From: Yuukianura sp. NJ FZ-2021
Lineage: Eukaryota
Direction: 5' to 3'
DNA length: 64,000 bases
Assembly: GCA_046563655.1 (NCBI GenBank)
Contig: CM102285.1
Coordinates: 5,456,001-5,520,000, forward strand
Shown here: piece after piece, positions 50,641 through 61,900 of the stretch
Layout of the letters: each line of letters starts with the position of its first letter
Position numbering within the stretch: position 1 is the stretch's first letter
Translations under genes and position numbers: made by a program
Notes under the pieces: generated by a model
Seen by the model: only the letters and a program-made list of their open reading frames with translations
Told to the model about the DNA's origin: nothing
Database searches by the model: none

Positions 50641-52943
50641 GTTATATCCCTGCACTCATTAAAATCACAATTAAATCTAATACACCTTTATCATGCAATT
50701 TCTACTGTACTTACCTCTAAATTTAAGATACATTACAACACTAAACACTATAACAAACATCAAGCTCTTGAATACCCCATTCTTATGTACCTGAATGTTT
50801 ATGTCTACCGTCTCCATGCAGAAGTTAGCAATTCTTCCAGTTTCCTACACTTATCGTTTCTAGTATTTCCCACTCCGAAATAAAATACCCTACCAACCAG
50901 GTTTGTACTATAGTACTAAATAATGTTAACAATTATATCTTGATCGTTTACATCTAAACATTAACATTTCAAGATTTGAACGCCACATGAAACTTAACAA
51001 ATGTTAACGATCTAATAATAATTCTTGGTTAATAACCGACTATTAGGTTTTAAATTTAACCTCCTTTTCAGTTCCTACTTAACAACGGAAACCTAGTTTG
51101 TACAATTTTTCCATTTGTAGAAGAACTCTATCAATCTAATTTACTACTAATCCCTGTTATACACTAATGCCAATGCTCAGAATTGCCAACTCAAAATGTA
51201 GTAATTATGCCAACATAAATAAATTTTTAACGTGTAGTGTAATGTGTCATTGGTTGAGAGGGTTTGTAGCATCAACATAAACGCAGCCGCAGCGCATGTT
51301 AAAACGTGTTGAGCGAGATGGGGCGTCATTTCCACGAAATGTTGTTTTTATAAAACACACCTAATAATTTTTGCTGCATTCTTATGACCAATGAGGTGAT
51401 TCTGCATATTTACCTAAACAACACATCGGCTCTGCTTTGTCAGAATTGATTAAATTTTACGTTTCTAGCAATTCGATTGCAATTTATTCTGCGTTTCTGC
51501 GTTTCAGCTTGGCCTAACCTCAACCGGGAACACTGAACAAACATCAACGGAAGGAGTTAACAGCATTGAACATAAAAAGTCAACTAACATTGGTCAAATT
51601 CCTACGAACGGAGCAAAGGTATGAGATAGTGGGCCATTACCTACCACTAACGTGATCCCATGCCATTTCAGGGAATGTGAAAACAGTATACTGTACTGTA
51701 CTACGCAAAAAAAACAGGTATTGCAACTGGGTGGCTGCAGTAGCTACAAATTATCCTTACTTTAGCTGTAATCCGTTGAATTCGAACTGAAATTTTTTTG
51801 AATTTACTTTTTAGGCAATTCATCTGAGATGAACTCACTTGGAGGAATTTCCTTAATTGTTCAATTGCCGAGTGAGTTATCGTACTCTGAGCTTTCGCGT
51901 TCAGTAATTTCGACCAATTGTTCATTAGCATGAATTTCACTTCGGTACAAGTAATTTGTTTGGCGAACATTTTGGTTTTCGAATTATGTTATGTTTTTGT
52001 TTGGTTACATCCCAATCTCGATGGAATGGAAACTAAAGACGGATTTTTTTTTAAATTGCTGGCCATGTTTGCGATATTGTTAGGTTAGGTTAACCATCAA
52101 AAATAATGCGCTTGGATGAATCTTTTTATCTAGTAGTTAGAAATGAAGTAACTCCTCCGTCGACTGTTACTGCGGACTGTGTTGGAGTTAAGGGACGAAG
52201 TACTTGTTTTTCCTACCAGTTGGGATTCAAAACATTTTAAAGTTAGCGTTGTGTAGAAGCTGTAGCACCATTGCACCCTCCTAGATCACCAATCTGAAGG
52301 TTATTGATGAAAACATACGGCGTTTTACAACCAGTTTGCTGTAAATGAAGAGACTACAACCTTAACGAACCTTAAAAAACATGCTTGCCTCTGAGCTTAA
52401 AAACTAAATTGTCTACAAACACTTAAATTTTTCAAGTATAAAGTATGCAGTGCCTGTGTCGTATCAAAATTTGAACACAACTTGAGCGGGATATTGATGT
52501 TGGAAGTAGTGTTATTATAGGGAAAGGTAGTTTCATGGTAATTCCTGAGGCGGTGAGAGGCATATTGTAAAATTAACTTTCTGTAACAGTGAGACTCTGG
52601 TTAAGAATTATAAGTTTTAAACTGCGTCATCTTCTATAGTACCCGTGTCAAATTCATAATTTTGTTATAATACCCAGTTAACAGCATTTTCTCAACTAAA
52701 GTGTGCAGGTTACCAGTTCCATATATCAAAGTATTCAATACTAAAAGTTTTGCAGTTTCGTTTCCCATTTGGTTCACCGAATCCCTACAAAAACTTACTA
52801 CATATACATGTATATAACTTTGACGACTTCACTATAAATTTTACCTTTGGTATAACTTTGGCCTAAGCCAAGTGATTGTAGTTGTTGTACAGATTTTTTG
52901 AATGAACGAAGGGGGTCCATTTCGTCTGAAGAAAAGCGATATG

Positions 52944-55900
52944 TCAGTCCACCCCTTTGCCACCCCCTGAGGAACTTCGAGAGCTTGGACGATTAGATGG
53001 ACTGTGACCAGAAGCAGGGAGGCCATGACTGTGATGACTTTGTGCGGAACCACCGCCTACGACGTTGGATCCTCCGGAATTGTTACCCGGACTGCCCTGA
53101 CTGGGACTGCTTCCAGAGGAGCCATTGTTCCCTGTTCGCGGAGGACTCGGAAACGTAGGTCCAGTTGGGGCTAATGGGTCTTGAGCCATATGCGGGAACG
53201 ATCTCACCCCGACGCCGCCCAGGAGTGCCCGATGCTCTCTGGCTACGTGTCTTCGAACTGTATTGTTCCTTGTAAAGGTACGAGTACAAAACGGGCAAGG
53301 AACTCGAATTCCTTGATGTCTTTGCCGAATATGGGCCCTTAGGTTTGTCTCGTATCCATACAAACGCTCACAGAACGGACATTTCAGTTTCTTTCCTGTT
53401 GAAACCAAAATATATAATGCTTCGGTTTCTATGTAAATAAATTGAGAGAAAGTAAGGAAAATGTTTCGGTTTCTATGTACTAAATAAATTGAGAGAAAAG
53501 TAAGTAAATACATTGGCTGCCTATCCTAACCTAAGCGTGAAGATATCGTAACGGCAAACGCGGTGACACGGCAGTATTATTATAGCGTGCAATTATAAAT
53601 TATGACATATACGTTGTGATGCGAGGTGTACCTAAATATTGTGTAAAGGTAAGCACTTAAGGGAAATAGCAGCAGGTGAAATGGCCAAAACAATTTGGCC
53701 AAAAGTGAAATGGTCAGAGGTGAAAAGGCCAGAAGTGAAATGGCCAAAAACTGAAAAGGCCAAAATGTAAAAACGCCAGAAAAGAAATGACCAAAAAGTT
53801 AAAACGCCAAAAAGTGAAAAGACCAAAAAATGGGCTGGCCAAAATTTGAACAGACCAGAAAGTGAAATTGCCAAAATAGTAAAAGACCAGAAAGTTAAAA
53901 GATCAGAATTAGGGGAAAAAAATTATTTTCAGTGGGTAACTCGGATTTTCTTCACTTTTTTTTCACAAATTACTACCTATGACCCCCTTGTCCATGAACA
54001 TATATTTCTTGGCTTGTCCTGAGAATTTATTAGATTTTTCAGAAAATTTCGAAAATAGGAAATATTCCATGGAATACATGCTAACCTTTTTTTTAAATCC
54101 AATGTTTTGAAACAACAAAAACTAACCTCAAGGCTACTATAGCAACATTGTTTGAGCACTTAAAAATGCAACTAAACTTAACAAACCATAATCGAAAACC
54201 TATTTTGAGAAAAAATTGTGCCTTATGGGGAAATTGCAATTTTCAAAATATTCTACAAATTCGAAATTTTTTGTGAGCGGGCCAAACAATATATGCTCAT
54301 GGTCAGGGGGTCATAGGTTTTTGTAAAAAAAAAAATAAAAAAAAAAAAGTGAAGAAAATCCGAGTTACCCACTGAAAGTAAATTTTTTTTCCTAATTCTG
54401 ATCTTTTAACTTTCTGACCTTTTATTATTTTGGCCATTTCACTTTCTGTTTTTTTTTTGTTTTTTTTTTGTTTTGAAATTTTGGCCATTCCGCTTGTTGG
54501 CGTTTTCACTTTTAGGCCATTTCAATTCTGATCTTTTCACTTTTTGGCCATTTCACTTCTGGCCTTTTCACCTCTCATCATTTCACTTCGAAATTGTTTT
54601 GGCCAATTCACATGGAATCAAGGGAAATATGGTACGGAAGTTAATACATACTAATACAATTATTACAGTACATTTTCTAAATAAGCAACTAACACCCTCA
54701 AACCTTTCTCCATTTCTTTGCCATAAGACCTCAGTGCGGCCTTAAAGGAAGCCTCACTGAGGCCCATGACAAGAATTGGAGAAAAGGGCTGAGGTTTTTA
54801 TGGTTAGTTACCTAATGCAACAGCTAACCTAAACCTGTAGAATGGGTATTTTAATGGGATTTCAAGCAGTTCCGAGAGAAGTGTTAATAAAGAATTCCGT
54901 TTCTAAGTATCGAAATATTTTGAAATACATTTGGCTAAACATTTTCTCAAGTGGATATATTTTCACAAGCCTTACCGTCCGCAGTCGTTTGTGTATGGTT
55001 AAGATCATGGGACTGAGCATGTTGGGCAGAAATAGAAGATGGTGAAGGTAGTGGCCAGACATTGGTCGAAGGTGGCCCTACAGAAGCTCCGAGTCCGGTT
55101 CCAAACGACTGTGCTTCGCATGGAGACAAATCCATCGAAAAACTTCGCTGCTTGTCGTTCAATCCAATGGCCCCAACCTCGTCATCTCTTCCTACTTCCA
55201 GCTTTATACTGAGATCTGCCAATAAATGTTAAATTATCCTTCCGTATTTAAAACATGTATTTCGTAAATATTATAGGAATGTACCTTCTGGCATAGTATT
55301 TTCAGTACTTGCACTTCGGAATTTACGTAAGTTTGCATTCTCAGATATTACAATAGTTTGTTGCTGTTGATGAGACTGCATCGGAGCCGGTTGAGGACCA
55401 CTTGTAGGAACCCCCGAAGATGGAGCATAGTGTGACCCAGCAAAGGAACCAAAACTCCCGTGTTGCACCATATTCTGCCTGTCAATTAACATATAATGAA
55501 CAGTTTGTTACTGGCATTACGTTAGTTATTTTATAATTATTTAAAAGTTAAGGTTTTGTACGTGCGCGTGCAATTTCTTTTACTAAAAACCGGCAAGCTG
55601 TGCTGTTCCAGCGAGGTTTGGCTTATTTGAAAAAAAAATTGAAAAAAGCGAAAATTTATAAATTCAATTTAAAAAACCGACTGTTTACCGATTTTCCTAT
55701 ATTTTGTGCCGGTATTTATATAATATTCAAACAATTTAGTGGATTGTATACTAAATTTTATGCTCTTCCTAATGAGAGCTTAAGAGTGCCGCACTGAGAA
55801 GCGTTCTTGGATCTAAGATTTATGCTTTGAAATGATTTCAAATTATATTTTGACATCATAACTTGTACCTACCTACCGTAAAACTACTATTATTAACTTG

Positions 55901-58900
55901 TTCATAAATTTGAACTTATGTCCTTTCATACCTTTCTCGCAATTCCATCTCAAGCCTAATGGCTGGTGAAGGTGAAGGAAGTGGAGCTGAAGGTCTTGCG
56001 GGGTGATGCATCCCGATGTACTCCATTCCTTCACCTAACGTTCCGTTCGGACTCTCTCGGGGCGAGGACGGTGGAAATCTGTTCTTCTTTCTTAATTTGT
56101 CGTCGTACACTCCTGAAATAATAAAATTAATCGATGAAAAATAAACTATTAAGCTGGACTATTCGGTTGTCATTGTATAAAGAATGATTTGAATAAGCAG
56201 GGCAACGTTGTCCATCGGCGAACTGATAGACTCCTGTAAACTTACTGAATAATCGTAGTTGACACATGAAACTGACTGGATTGTAGTCAACGTTCTAGAC
56301 CAAGAAAATGTTCCTTCTACACTAGGTCTTCAAATAATTCAGGCCAACTTCCCTTTTTTAAAAGCGTGGAAACATTCCCCTTTTGAATGGTACGAACTTT
56401 TAAAGTTGCTTTTGTAAAATGGTTCCATGTCATAAACCGCCAAATCAAAAAGAGCCTATGCGAGAAGAGACTATGCCAAAAGAGCCGATTTCAAATAAAG
56501 CCTATTTCAAAAAGAGCCAGTTTCAAAAAGAGCGATTTGAAAACGAGCCGATTTAAACAAGGTAGGGCGATGCTCAAGGGTTGAGCATAGGTCTTCTGGA
56601 GGGAGTTGACAATTGATACGACTTAGACCGGGCGGCCGCGAAACCCGTGAATAGAAACGATAAAAAACCGTTTTCAGCAGATTCATGCACTGAAACGTCG
56701 CGTATAGTTTTCAGTGCGGATATGGGGGATGTTTTGTACACCGAATTGTCCAACAGCAAAAATAATAAAAAAAAAACCGTTCGCATTAAAATGTGGTAAA
56801 AATTGAGCTCTGCAAAACATTCATCCTGTTCAAAATTATTTTGCTGCACAATTGTTCTCAAACATGCACGTATTTTTACATAAAACGTCAATTACTCAGC
56901 GTCAAAAAATGACTGCGCAATTTTGTTAAATGCACAATATTATTGAACGTTGAGGGAAGGGATCAAATATCGTTTCTTTAGTATAAAAATTGGTTCATGT
57001 AAATGCACAATTTGTAGAATCAAGTACATAAGTTGTTGGGTCGAATGGTGCTTCTTAAAAATAAAAATGAAAATTTCCTGAGAAAGCAAATTTGAACCCT
57101 GCCAAGCACTGTTTACGTGTTACGAATTTAAGCTGGAATATCTAACCTCTAATTAGGCTTAATTTAACAACGTCATTAAACTAATTGTCAGAAAATGACC
57201 AGATCAAAACTTCGTTGTTAAAAATATTTTGAGTATAATGCAGACCTAACACACAAATTTTGACGACTTAAGAAACAGCAACGCGATGCAGCCGCAAAAC
57301 TTTGAGGTTGTTAGTGTAAGATTTTGAGTGCAATGTAGACCTAATCAAAACACTTCAGGCAAACATAACCCCCCGACTGCGATGGGGCTTATGTTTCAGT
57401 GGAAAGGGTCCTAAACAACAGGACACACGGACGGACAAAGTCGTGCCGTACTTAAATAAAAGTTGTGATTTGGCACAGCTAAAAGCTAAGAGTCTGTTTT
57501 CTCCAGGTACGATAGTTTTTGCATTAAAATTATATTCCTACCAACGAACTTAGAAGGATTTCACACCACACTCAATTACAACATAATGTTATATGCATTG
57601 CAATACCGGCTATCAACTGTTTTTGGGTAACTCTCAATTGAAGCGGTTATGTTGTGATTTGTTATGGCTATGAGTGTAATCTATTTTCTCCGGGTACGAG
57701 AGTTCTTACACTAAAATAATACTCCTACCACCGAACTTTAAAAGGATTTCAAACCTCGCTCAATTGCAAGATAATGTCACATGCCGTGCAATACCCAATA
57801 GTAGGTGGTTTAGAGTAACTGCTTAACTGAAGCTCTTTTGTTTTGATATGGTACGGCTAAGAGTGTAAGTGTTTTCTCCGGGTACGACAGTTTTTACAAT
57901 AAAATAATATTCCTACAACTAAACTTTAAAAGGATTCCTCACCTCACTCAATTACAAGATAATGTCACATGCCGTGCAATACCCGCTATCAACTGTTTTT
58001 GGAATGCTCTCAATTGAAGCGGTTAATTTGTGATTTGGTACAGCTAAGAGTGTAATCTGTTTTCTCCGGGTACGACAGTTCTTACACTAAAATAATATTC
58101 TTACCACCGAACTTTAAAAAGATTTCACACCTCGCTCAATTGCAAGATAATGTTACATGCCGTGCAATACCCGATAGTAGGTGGTTTAGAGTAACTGCTT
58201 AATTGAAGCGCTTTTGTTGTGATTTGGTATGGCTAAGAGTGTAATCTACTTTCTCCGGATACGGCAGTTTTAACATTAAAATTATATTTCTACCACAGAA
58301 CTTTAAAAGGATTTCTCACCTCACTCAATTACAAGATAATGTTATATGCATTAATGCATTGCGATACCCGCTATCAACTGTTTTTGGGTAACTCTCAATT
58401 GAAGCGGTTATGTTGTGATTTGGTATGGCTAAGAGTGTAATCTGTTTTCTCCGAGTACGACAGTTTTTACACTAAAATAATATTCCTACCACCGAACACT
58501 AAAAGGATTTCACACCTCACTCAATTACAAGATAACGTTATATGCATTGCAATACCCGCTATCAACTGTTTTTGGAATACTCTAAATTGAAGCGGTTAGT
58601 TTGTGATTTGGTACAGCTAAGAGTGTAATCTGTTTTCTCCGGGTACGACAGTTCTTACACTAAAATAATATTCTTACCACCGAACTTTAAAAAGATTTCA
58701 CCCCTCGCTCATTCAGAATTTTTTGCTACTGTAACTCGTTGCAGTTGAAATCAATATTGACCAATATTTTTCAACACATTTTAAAACAAAAACAAGGTAG
58801 GGCGATGCTCAAGGGTTGAGCATAGGTCTTCTGGAGGGAGTTGACAATTGATACGATATTTAGACTGGCCTACCGCGAAACTGTGGACAAACTGAGAAAC

Positions 58901-61900
58901 AGTTTTCATGGAGGTGAAGCTCTAAAACGTCGCTGAAAATTTTCAGTGGGAATATGAGATCTTATATTGTGCATGAGTTGCACCAAAATTGTCTTGGTAA
59001 TTTTACCGTTTAATTGAACCAAAATCATGTTAAAGTTTTGAGGCCCAAAATATCTGCATTGAATTGATGTTGTTAATTTGGTGTGCACAAAATGCACAAA
59101 ATTGAAAGTTAAGAAGAAGGTGGTCCAATATCGTTCTTGATTCATGTACTTCATTTGTTGAGGAAGATGCACATAATGTATTGTCGATGTTGTCATGGCA
59201 ATGCTCTTTACGAATTGTTACGAATTGTTACGACTTTAAGCCGGAATTTTTACCCCCTGACAAGGTTTAATTTAACAACGTAATTAAACATGCTGCCAGA
59301 AAATGACCAGTTCAAAACTCCGTTGTTTATAAATGCTTTGAGTGCAATCGAAACCAAAACAGTTTTGCGAAGCCACGATACTGCGGGTACGTAAAGTAGC
59401 CGCCCACTTCTACGTTGTTAATGTACGACTTTGAGTGCAATGTAGACCTACTGAAAACTCTTGAGCCATACATAACCCCCCGTCAATAATGAGCTAATGT
59501 TTCAGTGGAAAGGGTACTAAAAAACGTTACAGACGGACGGACGGACAAAGTCGTATCAATAGTCTTCTTCAGCACGTCGTAGACGTGCGTCTCCAGAAGA
59601 CTAAAAGCGTCGCGCTGGTGCGAATTTGTGCCCCTCAACATATTTGCTCAGAGAGTCGACCAAAATTGTGTTGTTTCCAATTTTTCGCTAATTTTAACAA
59701 ACATATCGATAAAATCGCTATAACAAGGTAGGGCAATGCTCAGGGGTTGAGCATAGGTCTTCTGGAGGGAGTTGAAAATTGATACGGCTTTTAGACCGGC
59801 TGTCCGCAAACCCGTCGAAGAGAAACGTTAAGAAACTGTTTTTATTAGATTTATGCAACGAAACGTCGCTCATAACTTTCAGTGCAGATGTGGGGCCTTC
59901 TTGTGCACAATTGCACCAAAACGTGAAAAAACCGTTTGCATCAAAATGTTTTTCAACTTTAAACAGTTTTCACTCCCTTCAAAATTATTTTGCTGCACCC
60001 AAATATGCACTGATTTAGACATCACAACGGCCAACACCCTGCGTCAAAATAACTGCACAATTTTACATTGATGTGCAATAAGTGTGCAACATGCACAAAA
60101 TTGAACGTTGAAGAAAGGGTGTCGAATATCGTTTCTTTACGCTGAATTTATACTTTTACCTTTTCCATTTCCGTTCCTCTTCCATTCCCGTTCCTTTCCA
60201 TTACGAATGCATTGTTGTCATCCATACTACAATTGCATTCCAGTACCATTTCCATGACAGTACCATTCCGTTTTCTATTTCATCGAGCATTCTGGCTGAA
60301 AAGTATGGATGGTTCCGTCGATGCACAAATTGAAATTGCACATTTTTCGTAGTTCTCTTTAGCGTTGGTGCATTTGTGCAAATTTAATTTGGCATAGCAA
60401 CCCGCTTTTCATCGGTCGTTCCATTGAAGGAATAGAACTGAGTTGAATGGCACGATGTCACTGGCATGGCAATGGAATGCAACAGGAACGGAAATGCATT
60501 TCCATTTCACTTCCATTCCATCATCGTTCCTCATGGAAACCACGAAGCAACGATGGAAAACAAGTATGGATCGTGAAAATGGAAAATGGAATGGAATGCA
60601 ACGAGAATGGAACGGGAAAACCACGAAGTATATGGATTCAGCGTTAGAACCAAAATCGGTTCAAATAAATGCACCATGTGTTATTAAGTGCATAAGTTAT
60701 AGGGTCGAATATCGTACTTAAAGTCAAAATTATAAAAATTTCTTGTAAACGCAAATTTAAACCTGTCATGCCTTGTTCACATGTTACACATTTAAGCCGG
60801 ATTTTATACACTCTAAGAAGCCCAAATTTAACAACGTAAATAAACATACTGTCAGAAAATGACCAGATCAAAACTGCGTTCTTAAAAAATATTTTGAGTA
60901 TAATGCAGACCTAACACAAAAATTTTGAGGACTTAAGAAGCAGGTACGTAATGTGGCCGGCAATTCTTACGTTGTTAATTTATGTCTTTGAGTAGAATGT
61001 AGACCAACTAAAAACATTTGTGCTGTACATGACCCCCCAAACAGAATGGGGCTTATGTTTTAGTGCAAAGAGTCCTAAAAAATCAGACGGACGGACAAAG
61101 TCGTATCAATAGTCTTCTTCAGCATGTCGTAGACATGCGTCTTCAGAAGACTAAAAAGGTAGGGCAGTGCTCAAGGGTTGAGCATAGGTCTTCTGGAGGG
61201 AGTTGACAATTGATACGACATTTAGACCGGCCTACCGCAAAACTGTAGACGAATTGAAAAACCGTTTTCATGGAATTGAAGTTTTAAAAGTCGCTGAAAA
61301 TTTTCAGTGCCAATATGCGAATAATTGTGTTGGCAATTTTACCGTTTAATTGAACCAAAATGATGTTAAAGTTTTGAGGCGAAAAATATCTGCACTGAAT
61401 TGATGTTGTTAATTTGGTGTGCACTAAATGCACAAAATTGAACGTTTTGCAGAAGGGGTCGAATATCGTTCTTGATTGATATTATTAATTTGTTGAGGAA
61501 GATGCACATAATGTATTGTCGATGTTGTCATGGCAATGCTCAAGGTAGTTCTCAAACGTTCATTGCATCATGCACAAAATTGAACGTTGAGGAAGGGTGT
61601 CGAATAACCCTTGTTTAAATCCAAAATTATAAAAATTTCTTGTGAATGCAACCTGGAATACTGCCAAGCGCTGTTTACATATTATGAATTTAAGCCGGAT
61701 TTTCTACACTCTAACTAGGCTTAATTTAACAACGCAATTAAAGTAACTGTCAGAAAATGACCAGATCAAAATTTCGTTGTTTAAATAAATTTTGAGTGTA
61801 ATCGAAACCAAACAAATTCGGCGAGCCACGATACTGCGGATACGTGAAGTAGCCGCTAACTTCTACGTTGTTAATATAACACTTTGAGTGCAACGTAGAC

